Assembly (NCBI GenBank): GCA_002633005.1 | Contig: NMRA01000531.1 | Coordinates: 235,997 to 299,996, forward strand | Direction: 5' to 3' | Source of the DNA: Phoronis australis | Lineage: Eukaryota; Animalia; Phoronida | DNA length: 64,000 nt | Program-made: the position numbers and the translations under genes | Shown here: piece after piece, positions 13,651 to 24,790 of the stretch | Position numbering within the stretch: the first letter of the stretch is position 1 | How the letters are laid out: the number at the start of each line of letters is the position of its first letter | The notes under the pieces: generated by a model | What the model saw: the letters and a program-made list of their open reading frames with translations, nothing else | Told to the model about the DNA's origin: nothing | Databases searched by the model: none

Positions 13651-14212
13651 ATGATGATTACCTTTCACCAACATTTTAAGTCGTTTACTTAATTTCCAAG
13701 TCATTAAGAGACCTCTCTTTGAGTTACTGACTCATGGAGATGCTCGGCTTTGTCGGATCACAAATTTCTCATGAAAGTCGTTTTTGTGCATTAAAGTTTC
13801 AAGGTTTGGCACAAACCAGTGCAAAATGAATCGAATAGACTCTGTGAGGAGGGTCTTGTAGGATTATCTGAGTAGGAGCATAGCTTGAAAAATCTGTATC
13901 TAACAAATTTCCTAAGAGAGATCATGGTTTTAGTTTCAACTATTAGGAAGAGCAAAGTTTCAAGGTATGACACAAAATGTGTGCACTGCAAAACATATAT
14001 GGATTCAGTGAGGAGCAATGTGTGTCTCATATATGTATGTCTATCTATTGTACAGTATTACTACAGCACGAGCTGTTTAAAGATTGCTTGAAATCAAACT
14101 TACAAATATTTGGCAGCCGGGATAAACAACTATGAATTTTCCCTGTACAGGATCTTAAAAATAATGCCAAGTTTCTCAAAAAAAAGTAATAATACATATT
14201 AAAGGAATAAGT

Positions 14213-15790
14213 TGAGATCGTTCAAAAAACTGACTCAGTTCATTTCTGAATTAAGTCTAAAATTTGTCTCAACTTCTAATTTTTGAAACTTCCACATTCG
14301 GTAAGATAGTTAAAATGAAGGCAAAAACTTATTTTAAGTAAATCTCTTAAAGGCAAAGGCAACCTTTTTTCACGCCATTTTCAGCAAAAATAGGGTTCGT
14401 TGATTATCCCAGACATATTTTTCACTTATTTACAGCTTTTCGTAATTTAATTAATTACTCGTCGTCTACTCCGGAAGTGACGTTTTGGGAGGCAAGAATT
14501 TCGCGCCAATTTCTTTTCATACTTTCCGACTGTTAGAGCAGTCGAGTCAGTCATTGTTCTACCTCGGTTGTGATAAGTTCGGTCGTCATTTGCTTTTGAG
14601 TCAGTCAACATGCCACGCTGTTGCTGCCTACCGAGAAGTACTCATTATCGTCTCACGTACAGAGGAATAACTGTCCCACTTGCCCGAGTGTCCTGCGACA
14701 CACTCCCAGTGGATGGTGACTTTAGCACCCAAACTGCTTACATCCCGCCGTGCGACTCCCTCGTCACACACATGGCACCTTCTAAATAGCTCCAATAGAA
14801 CTCCACAACAAACTTATCAAACTTAGGCTCAACGATCTGTTCATTGGATGACGAACTGTCCATTTCACTGGGTGCCAAACTGGGCCTGTATTCACTCCCA
14901 CTACTCAACATCGCTGCAGGGCAGCTTACAGACTCTGGGCTAGAGACAACAGCACATGGGGAATCACTGCTAGTTCCTTGAATTGCACGCTATAGCATAG
15001 GTGACAGTAGATGAAGTGCCTCCAGTCACTGTTTATAGTGGCCACAGCTCGCAAGGCTTCTCGCTTCAAAAACGCACTTCTCGGGGGTGGCGACGGCCGA
15101 CGGGGCACTGCCGGTATGGAACCCTTCTTCAGGCGTCGTTCCGCAGGGACCTTCATCAATTCAGCGTACATATCTCTGTCATAATCTAACGGCTGAAAAT
15201 GCTTGCCACTGCTTTGTACGTTGCGTGAACGGGTAGCGCTGCGTTCTTCACACGAACGAGCTAGCCAAGTACGGCGAAGTGCGTCATCCTTCAGAAAGCG
15301 ATGCAAGTTACCCAAAGCGCGCGAGACGATAATGAGGACATCCTGGTACACGGCAACAGTGCGGCATGTTGACTGACTTGTAAACAAAAGCAAATGACGA
15401 CCGAACTTACCACATCCGAGGTAGAACAATGACTCACTCGAAAGCTCTCACAGTCTGACTGTATGAAAAGAAATTGGCGCAAAATTCTTGCCTCCTAAAA
15501 CGTCACTTCCGGAGTAGAGGACGAGAAATTAATTAAATTACGAAAAGCTGTAATTCAGTGAAAAATATGTCTGGGATCATCAACAGACCTTATCTTTGCT
15601 AAACGTGACATGAAAAAAGGTTGCATTCGCCTTTAAGAGATTGACTTTAAATAAGTGTTTGCCTTCATTTTAACTATCTTACCGAATGTGTGAATTGAAA
15701 CGGGCTTGAGACAAGTTTAAGTTCCACCTTAAAATTGATAGAAATTTAAGATTGGTCTTAACTATGTCAGTTTTCCTGGAACGAGCCTCA
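14213..15790. mobile_element. Palindromic (foldback) MITE split at its centre by the Kolobok insertion
   Basis: Left arm 14213-14346 (...cacattcggtaagatagttaaaatgaaggcaaaaacttattttaagtaaatctc) is the reverse complement of right arm 15637-15790 (gagattgactttaaataagtgtttgccttcattttaactatcttaccgaatgtg...). The outer ends also pair. Confidence 0.75.
14351..15632 (-). mobile_element. Non-autonomous Kolobok DNA transposon (family A) with about 300-bp inverted repeats and THAP remnant
   Basis: TTAA|AGGCAAAGGCAACC...GGTTGCATTCGCCT|TTAA (TTAA TSD, AG...CT termini). The minus strand from 15368 encodes frameshifted MPHCCRVPGC..LHRFLKDDALRRTW..GKHF..LKKGSIPAV (THAP) through to HSGKWDS. Confidence 0.85.
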
Positions 15791-15887
15791 GGATGTTGTT
15801 CATTATATATAATTTTAGGCAGAAGGGAAGTTTTTATGTCTGGTAGTTTCTTGCCATGCCTGAAGTATTAGAAATTAGGAGCCTCAC

Positions 15888-15968
15888 CTAATTCTCCTAG
15901 AAATTTCTTGAAGTCATCTCCAAGCACATAATCACCCAAGTATTCAGCAACATCTATGAATCTATCAC
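15888..15968 (-). CDS. Death-domain gene exon (first half of death domain)
   Basis: ttcattgtag| ... TTAG|gtgagg, 81 nt, phase 1-1. Translates DRFIDVAEYLGDYVLGDDFKKFLGEL and joins in frame to GFTGGQIE. Confidence 0.75.
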
Positions 15969-16289
15969 CTACAATGAAAGCGTCACAACTTTGGTTCAGG
16001 TGCCACAACTAAAATTCTTTGAACACAATGCGGGTCTTCATTGCCACAATTGTATCCCGAAATAAAACAGCAAGATCAACGTAGAGCACGTACTGATGCA
16101 CCCACCTTGTACATCGCAAAGGGTAAACAAATACGAGCTTATAATTTCAAATACCTCCGCGGTAGTCAAGTACTTACTTGGTAAATCAACAACAGTTGTG
16201 CAGGCTCTCTTCATTGGGAACACATACTGGAGCACATTTTACAAAATTATTGTGCATCGAAGAACGTTACCGTAATGTATGGCAGATGC

Positions 16290-17600
16290 AATATCATTAA
16301 GTCACGAGGGTCCCCACAGTAGTTCAAAAATTGATACGAGTCATGCTAATTCCCTAATAGCAACACGCATGTTGAATTTCTTGAAGATACATCAGAATTC
16401 AAACTTGGAAGATCTTAATGCCCCAGTGTTAAGAAAAGTAAAATTGCCACTAGAGGGCACTACATCACAATTAACAATTCGAAAAAGTTAATGTCCGGTC
16501 AGCCATGCCCTTCTCAGTAGGAACTCATCTGCCAACTTTCAAGAATCTTTCAGCAGTTTGTGAATATTAGGGAGCAAGAGAGAGAGGACGAACCCATCTG
16601 GACACATACCAGAACTTCGTTCAAAGCCAAACTTCAAAACAAGAGCAACGCAGAGCGATGAAATGCACCCACAAATGCACCGCAAACAGGGTGCTACTAG
16701 GGTTGTTTATTTGTATCATAAAAATGGCCACTAGATGGCGCAAAAACTTCCAATCCATCCGAAAACGGGAACATGCCTTCACTTCTTTCATAGAAAGCAG
16801 TTTACCAAATTTCAAAATAATTTGTCTAGGAACTTCTGATCAGGGAAACCGAAAGAAATGAAATTGCCACTAAGGAGCATAACATTCGTTGAATCTGCAT
16901 GAAAGTCGTTGTCATCTGTTGTTAGCTTCACATAAATACACTTAATACTAAATTTAATAAAGATCCTGCAGTGGGTTTAGGAGATACAGCTATGGGCACA
17001 AAACAAAACAAAACTACCACTAGGAGGTGCAACAATACTTAAAGTCATCGAAAAATCATCATTAGCCATCGTCTTCATAGTACGAACATACGTGCTAAAT
17101 TCCACAATCATCCTTAGAGTGGTTTGGTTAATAGAGGGGTGGACGCCAAAAAACTTGAAAACAGTAAGAATGGTCACTAAGTGGTGCAAACTACATCAAA
17201 TCCATCCAAAAACAGAAGGATATTATCATCTCACTAATAGATACCTATATGCCAAATTTTATGAAAGTTCATTGAGGACTTTTGAAGATACAAAGGTAAT
17301 CATAAAAAACTAATTAAAAATTGCCACTAGGGGGCACACCGGTAATCAGATCCGTCCGAAAGTCGTCTGTCGTCAACATTACATAAATACACTTGCTAAC
17401 TTTAGTAAAGATCCTGCAAACGGTTTAGGAGATACAACCATGGGCACAAAAAGAACAAAACTGCCACTGGGAGGCGCCACAGTAGTCAAATTTGTCAGAA
17501 AATCATCATAAGCCATCTTCTTCAAAGTAAGAAGATACATGCCAATTTTCACAATCTTCCTTAGAGCGGTTTGGTTGATAGAGGGTTGGACGACCAATCC
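16290..17600 (+). repeat. Unclassified interspersed repeat built of tandem subunits (aaattgccactagggggc family)
   Basis: Recurrent aa(a)ttgccact(a/g)g(g/a)gg motif and internal duplication 16900-17150 / 17350-17595. Segment 16640-17100 is homologous to the inverted copy at 60970-61460. Confidence 0.7.
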
Positions 17601-18402
17601 ATGTCGCAGTTTGTTGTCAGATTTCGGACACCATCGATTTTGCCGTCTTTCTCATATTTCTCGAATTTGGGACGGCCAATGTTGCCTATTTCTAAAAGTT
17701 CAGACAGTTTCAAAATAATTATTTTCTCGCTGTCTTAAATTCGGGAATTTTTACTGTAAGTTGAATTGTCAGGGCATGTCCTTTTATGCACTGAAGATGG
17801 TCTCAAAGAATAACGAACTCTCAGTTCTTTGCAAGCCCAGAAATCACCTGTTATCAGTGTCCAGGAGAAAAATTTCACAAGAGCAAGAGGTGCAAATCAA
17901 AACTTGGCTTAATTCATGGCTGTTAACACACCATCATATCAAAGGCTACCGTACTTTGAAAACAAAAAAAATCTGTCATGGATATAATTTTCTTCAGTAA
18001 CATAATAGGAATATCAAATTAATTAGCTCTGTTTCAAAACTGGTTAGTCACAGTAGAACTGCACTGCTCATTCAATAGTAATTTTTATTTAGTCGTCACA
18101 AGATCTAACTGGAAAATTCATGATACACTTGCTATGTAACAACTAGCCTATTGATTAGATAACACTGCAGATAAAGGGGACACTGATTAGATTTGAAAAT
18201 GGAAAAAGACATATTTTTGTTGGAAAATACTGAATTTCAGCAGGATCTGAGTTATTAATGCCAAATTTGATAAAAGGAATAATCATAGAACAAAAGTAAT
18301 GAAAAGCTTCTCAGGATGAATGTCAGATGACAGAAAATGTCACCAGGCATCATACCATTACAGATAGTCGATTATAACTAGGACAGGTGTATAAAGAGTT
18401 AC

Positions 18403-18468
18403 CACTACTTGTAGGATGAAATGAAGGAAATTTGTCCACTGTTCCATTCCCTGTACGTGGCACTTGTC
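18403..18468 (-). CDS. Probable linker exon of death-domain gene
   Basis: tttttcttatag| ... AGTG|gtaact, 66 nt, phase 1-1, open: QVPRTGNGTVDKFPSFHPTSS. Confidence 0.6.
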
Positions 18469-20549
18469 CTATAAGAAAAATAAAACATTGAGTGAAAGGG
18501 CTCTAGAGAGCGAGACATAGCAGGGGTGATGGTGATAATAAATAAAGAAGATTACATAATTATCTGTTGCTTTTGAAAAAAAACAATACAACAAAAAAGT
18601 GTTTAAGTATGATTCATTAAACAAAATTGTCACCACATCCACCATATCGGATGAAAATAAAACAATGCACTGTGTTTTAAAAAATAACTTTTTCCCAATT
18701 TTGTGATAAGATCAAACAATTAATAATATTCTTTTGTCTAGTAAACTAAAAATGGTTACCATGGTGACATTACCTCAATGATGAATTTAATGTTCTTGCA
18801 CCCGGTGTGAGTTTTTCAGAACTTCAAAGCCTTAAAAGGTTTGACGTAATTTTTTCAAGTCATAGAAATGTCCATGCATTAACCTATTAATTAAACAATA
18901 AGTTCCAATGGGGCTATTCGGAAAATCTACAATAACTAGAGGGCGCGCGTGTACTATTGGTGATAGATTAACAGCCTCGATTTCGCGAGCCCCTTAATAA
19001 CATGGTGAAATGGCTTGCAGCCGTGCCAACTGAATCTGAGATTGCGTGAAAAGGGTGCTTCTATGACAAAAAGTAAGCACGACCTTATACAAAGGTAAGG
19101 TTTGTGATTATTTTAACGATTATTCCATGATTATTCTACTGATGCCTGTTAACTGAGGTGCTCGCCGATGTCGACTTCGTGGCAGTCGTCGATCGGGTTA
19201 ATCTGTTTGTTGTGATATGTGTTACGATGCTTGACCTAGGAATCGGGATCTTTTCGTACATCAAAGCATTGTTATTGTTTGGAATGATTTCTAACAGTTT
19301 ATCAGTGACAGTTACATCAATCAATGCTGAATGTTTATGCAGTCAACTCGATACAGGCTAATGAGTTAGGGATTACAATCCAAGCCTAATGGCAAGGGGT
19401 ACATGACAAATATCTTGTTTACTCCCTACCATATGTCTTCTGAAAATCTATTACATGTAACCTTTGGTTTTTAGCTTTGAGGGCTTGTACCGTGCAGAGG
19501 AGATATGCATCGCTTATGCACCGTCCCTGAATGGACAAAAATTGGTTTTAAGCGTTTGACTGCAGCTAACCAACAAGATCTTCCCATCCACTGCAGATCT
19601 GTTGTCAAAGCCTACTTTCAATATTGGAGACAACGAACAAAGCCTTTGAAAAGGAACAGCTATTTTTAAAGAAACGTATGTAAGTCATTTTGTTAATTTA
19701 CTTATTCAGGTCCTTAGCGGGGGATTGGCATGNAATATTTGGTGCAACTGAACGTGTGGAAATAACAGGTAATACATGTTTGGGGGAAAGAGCATGGTGA
19801 GGTAATTCTTAACCTTCATGAAGTCCCTTCAAGTTTATTTCATGAAACTGTTTTGCTATCAATTGTAAACCCATGAATATGTATTACATGTTCTGAATTC
19901 ACAGTGACTGAATAGTCTTAACTCATGCCTTGAAATGTTACAAGTCGTTATAAATTCAAATGACTGCCATTTTTGTGAAAATTGCATTTTTGATGGTGCC
20001 TTACGATTTGTAATTACTCTTAAACAACAGAACGATTATCCATCATTTTTAAATGACCCAAGTCTTCATATCTTCTATTAGAAGAAAAATTAAAAGTCTG
20101 AGAAACGGTTCCCTCAACCTTAGACTAGAAGTGTGCTTGACAGACCCATGTACCTTTAATCTAAGTTTAAAATTGCTGAAAGTATCAAAATTAAAAAGGC
20201 TTGAAAATGGGTAACAAAGGTTTGAAGTTGTCTCAAAATTGTATATTTTGCAGACAAGTGATGTGTTTAACGAATTGTTATGGCTACGAATGATAAATAA
20301 AGACACAGTTTTATGCAATACTTATTATATACACCCTGGGTTTCTGAAAATAGTAATTATTTAATTTTATGTGAAATTGTAGAGCAGTCACCATATATTT
20401 TTGAAAAACAGGGATGGCATTTTTGACCCAATCTGGAGTACTTAATTATTCATATTTCAATATTTGTTCCAGGTTCAGTAACATTTTAAGGCCACCTCAA
20501 GCTGTATCATAGGCAAAGGCAAGCTTTGTTACTCCGTTCTCTTCCCACA

Positions 20550-20990
20550 GCACTTCCACACACCAGCAGTGCGGCATGGCACAATGTGCAAGTCAGTGGC
20601 CCAGGAGAAATGTGAATCGCAGTACTAAGTTACCATAAGACAATGTGCCAGTGGACTGTCTGTGTATTCAGAGGAACTATATCCGACTGCTACACAAGCC
20701 TTGTTGGTGAGGATGCCCTTTCATAGGCAATGAGTCATGTGTGGACAATAGCTTATTTCCTTTCCTGGAAGAAACATGAGGGACTGAAGCTAAAGAAGAC
20801 CTAATGACACTCTGGTCTAGTTCAGGGTCTGATTTTGGGCTCAAAACGATTCAAGTGATATGCTGCTCTGTTTACCTTCAAGGGTCTAATTGTGAATGTT
20901 ATTGGAGCTGAATGAGGTTACATGAAAGAAAGCCACGTGTCGAAACTGGACCTTTTCTACAAGCGCTTCTATAGGCCACTGAAACTAGAT
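20550..20990 (+). pseudogene. YqaJ/lambda-exonuclease-like ORF remnant of ISL2EU
   Basis: Pieces read HTPAVRHGTMCKSVAQEK...GLSV...LVGEDAL...LKLKKT..VQG...KLDLFYKRFYRP, with stops and frameshifts. Confidence 0.7.
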
Positions 20991-21639
20991 CCCAGTGAAA
21001 TGAAAGCCAAAAGCTGAGTGAGATTAACTTTTCCGTTCACAAGAAAGGCTTTATACTAATGGTAAAAACTTTTCAATTTGGTACACATTATGGGAAAATG
21101 ACATTCAGTAACTGCATCGATTGTCTTATTGTCAGTAGAAAGCCCATTAATGTTACACTTTGATGATCAAGTAAATTTTTAATCAACAGGCAAGTTTGTC
21201 ACTAATTATTGAAACCACAATATTTCTTCAGTTTTAAAATCCCATGCATTGCACTTGTGCTTATTCTTGATAAAGCTGAAGTGATTACCAAATATGCTTG
21301 CGAATTGTCATTTTCCCGTTGACCTATAGAAATATGCAGCGATCAAAATGAAGTATTCCCTTTGTTTGCATTTGATTTGTTTGTCTTAAGAAGACCTTTG
21401 AACAATTTCAAGGTTTGTGTTAACTTATCTATGAACAAAAGTTCCGCATGCAAGAAAAGTGTGTTTTCAATTGTAGCTAGCTGGATAAGAATTTGCTATG
21501 CACAAGATTTGAGAATAAACAATTATCAGTGTATTTAAAAACAAATGGCAAACTGAAAAAGCACAGAAAGAAACAACATTGCGACGAAGTCCATAATCAG
21601 GCATATCAAGTGCTGAGTTTCTGAATTACGTTCAATTCT

Positions 21640-22604
21640 CTCAGGTTATTGCTGAAGCATTGCTTTTCACTTTGTTCAAAGGTAAAATAGATGTTTGGGC
21701 GGTTGGTTTCAGTTGTTTTCTCTCACCTGTAACAGAATAGTCGGAGAAATATTAGCAAATTGTAAAAGAAAAGACAAGACAAAACTACTTTTGTAAGGCA
21801 GAAGATACTTAACGTTTCATCTTCATGTTTATATGTAGAAACTAATCCTTTTGTACCCAAGTCTTATTTAATATCTGAATTACAATATGTGAAACAGGCT
21901 AAAAGTGATTTAACAATGTGTATTTTCATGACACTTAAAATGTGCTTCTGATCTCAACAAGTAAAATTCATTCTAGGTGTCAATTTTTTTTCCAACGCAA
22001 TGTTACCACATTTCGTACTGAATTAAGGCTTATTCAATGTTAATTTGATAACTGATCTGGTAGTCCTGGGAGCGGGGTCCGTGATAAAATAAGGAAACTC
22101 ACTCATCTAGAGAATTTTATTGGAAACAGCATAGTTTTGAAGAGAAACTGCTGTGAAAAAGTCACCCTTGACTTCTGTGCATCATGTACCATACACCTCT
22201 TATTTTGGAAGCACTCCCACCCAGGACAATATGGGCATCCGAGTCCCGGGTGAGTTTCCTAAAAGAAACACTCAGTTCCACTCAATAAACCCGTTATTCA
22301 GTGGGGTAACTGGTGGGGATAACATCGCCAAAGATGTTGACAGAAACTGATTGCTAAAAACTTACCAAGTAATGTTGTGTAGTCTCCGAATGGAACTGCA
22401 TAGTCATAGAGCACACACGGGGCTTCAGCATCCATACACTTTTTGACAGTTAGTTGACCTTTTTGACTTCTTGACCGCAATTGTCCACGAATATAGTAAC
22501 CTTAGGTCTTTTGGGAATTTGTGGCCACCTGTTGAAGGCTTGCACCAGGGAAATTAGCAGTAATAAGGCTTAGCGCGAAGACCGTATTTTGATAACAATT
22601 CCAT
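21640..22604 (-). pseudogene. THAP-domain transposase N-terminal remnant of ISL2EU (spliced)
   Basis: MELLSKYGLRAKPYYC*FPWCKPSTGGHKFPKDLRLLYSWTIAVKK...RVCS, donor gtaagt near 22375, then an exon from about 21727 reading ERKQLKPTAQTSILP (THAP AVP-box-like). No DDE core recognised. Confidence 0.65.
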
Positions 22605-22971
22605 CTTTTACCAGTTGTTTACATGCAGACAACCACGCATGCGCAATTCAATCACCACTAGTACAGCAGCGACACCGCTAGGAGAATTCTCCGAATAGCC
22701 CCATTTCATGACTGCACTGCAATGGAAGTTCCCATAGAAAATCCGCACTTAGTTCCACCTTCCCTCTCAGTATCTCAGAAGAGAAAACATTACCAAGGAA
22801 AATCTTCTGAATACAGAACGTTTTCAAGAGCAATTATGATGATTTAATTTCATGAAAATTGATTTATGTCGATCTTCCCTAAAATTCCATGTTGCACAAC
22901 TTTCTAAGGCATAATTTCTTAAAAAAGCAGAAAAACTGCTTCATCACATTATTGTTCATTATGCCACTTAC

Positions 22972-23001
22972 CATTTTGAGCAATAGTGCCGTTCGAAGTA
23001 C
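22972..23001 (-). CDS. Probable 30-nt micro-exon of death-domain gene
   Basis: attattttcag| GT ACT TCG AAC GGC ACT ATT GCT CAA AAT G |gtaagt. Near-consensus sites, phase 1-1, TSNGTIAQN. Confidence 0.6.
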
Positions 23002-23079
23002 CTGAAAATAATCAGGAATTTTAAAAGGGCGATTAGCTACTTGTAAGCCTTTGATAATGAATTCTTTGGAGAAGTGCTT

Positions 23080-23600
23080 TGCAAAATAAAAAACATTGAT
23101 ACATCCAGGTCATCGTCATCCATTTAATGTGTTCGTAGAAATAAACTTGCCAAAATTGCATAAAGATCCTAGAGGAGAAACAGTTGCAGACAAGTCATGG
23201 AAAAACAAAAAACAGCCACAGTAGTCGAAATCATCTGAAAATATTTGTCGCTGGAACAAAAATTGTTAATTTCATGACCAAAAAACAGACTCGAAAACAG
23301 TAAAAACGGCCAATAGGTGGCATAAACTACGTCAAATCCATTCGAAAATAGAAGCATAGCCCCATCTCACCAATAGATGCCTATATACCAAATTTAAAAA
23401 AATTAATATGTTGGGTACCTTTAAAGGCACTGAGGTAAACGGAAAAAATAAAATTGCCACCAGGGGGCACACCGGTACTCGTGTCCGACCAAAAGTTCGC
23501 TCGTGCCGTCCCATCTATGAAAGGAACACATTTCCAAAATTTCATGAACATACGTCAAATGGTTTTGGAGATAGAGCAGCGGAGGCCGGATGGGAATGAT
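23080..23600 (+). repeat. Copy of the aaattgccactagggggc interspersed repeat family
   Basis: aaaattgccaccagggggcacaccggta and flanks match 17200-17440. Confidence 0.6.
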
Positions 23601-23803
23601 GGCATAATGAATCCACGTATAAATATGTGGGTGCATAAAAATCATTAACACCACATGGATTTTGTAGATGCTTGACGGACACACAACAATGACACATAAA
23701 TTACTTACTACCAATCATAAAATGAGCGAACCATTCTTTAAAGCTCTTCTGTGATCAAGAGAGTGCTAACAGGGTGGGATGTGGAGGGCATGTTAGCACT
23801 CTG

Positions 23804-23911
23804 GGGGAATTCTGGGGATACATAAAATTACAGTCATCCTTCACTTAAGGTAAGTTCGTCTAACTGTATAATTTTATTCCTCCCAGAATTCCCTCGAGTA
23901 CTACCATGAGA
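23804..23911. repeat. DIRS internal complementary region (hairpin, complementary to 5' terminus)
   Basis: ggggaattctggggatacataaaattacagt pairs with actgtataattttattcctcccagaattccct. attttattcctcccagaattccctcgagtactaccatgaga is the reverse complement of the element end at about 28987-29028. Confidence 0.75.
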
Positions 23912-23993
23912 TTTGAAAGTTGATCACAGAAAGTGAACAGCAAACAACACCAAATGTTTTAAGTAATTTGTATTGGTAGATCAACGTATACAA

Positions 23994-24790
23994 TTATTGC
24001 AATACAAATTCTGCCAAGGTTTTAGATTTTCTGTTGATAGGTCTCTTGTAATATTTGCTAAATGTCGAAGGCCGTGACCAACCACCTGCCTTCATAATCT
24101 CCTCAACAGTGGCTTCAGACACACTAGCTTTGCTAACAGAAGCTGATCTAACACTACCGGATTTATATACATTGATATTTATACCAGCCAGACATTTCCG
24201 ATCCATCGCCGCACAGTATCACCTGTGGCTGCTTTATACGGTCTAGTAACAGTAAAAAATAGTGCTTTACATGACCCCCGATAGTCTAGAGTACGTTTTA
24301 AGTATACAGCCAAATAAATGCACAACCGCTTATCTGATGGAAAAGCTTTCAGGTGTAACAGTTCAGGTTTATAATTAAGACGGCCTTGTTTAAGATCCTT
24401 GCTTGCAATGGTAAAGGTGAATTTAGAGGCTGAAATGTTCATGGAATCTACATTAAGGGCAGAGATGATCTTTGGACGTTGTCCAGTGAGAATTAGGATA
24501 AGCATAACAGTCTTCATAGTTAATTTCGCTATTGGTAACAACTTAGCCGGACCCCATGATTTTAAGAAATCTAACACTACATTCACGTCCCAGGCATCAA
24601 CATAACGAGGCCTAGGGGGTTCATATTTGCAACACCCTTCATAAAACGAACTACATCTGGATTAGAGCCAAAGGTCTCATTGCCTGGTAAAATCATAACC
24701 GAAGAAAGTACAGAGCGGGTAGTGTTAAGGACACTGTAGCCCTTATATAATTATGGTTGACAAGTGTTTGGAGAAAAGAAAGTCCCTCTC
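23994..24790 (-). pseudogene. DIRS tyrosine recombinase (frameshifted)
   Basis: LTMKTVMLILILTGQR...KQGR...RLCIYLAVYLKRT...LFFTVTRPYK...TVRRWI / GSVRSASVSKA...IMKAGGWSRPSTFSKYY. The R...(H)xxR...W...Y catalytic pattern is present with H replaced by G. Confidence 0.9.

Larger units (their letters stand above)
18910..22702. mobile_element. Decayed ISL2EU (PIF/Harbinger-related) DNA transposon
   Basis: TIRs GGGGCTATTCGGA (18910) and TCCGAATAGCCCC (22690-22702) flanked by an AT duplication. Convergent THAP and YqaJ-like remnants inside are the diagnostic ISL2EU gene pair. Confidence 0.85.

Noticed and set aside
16178-16226. Additional death-domain gene exon (YVFPMKRACTTVVDLP, gtaagt donor)
   Set aside because: It starts in phase 0 while the upstream exon ends in phase 1, the acceptor is weak, and the gene reads through without it.
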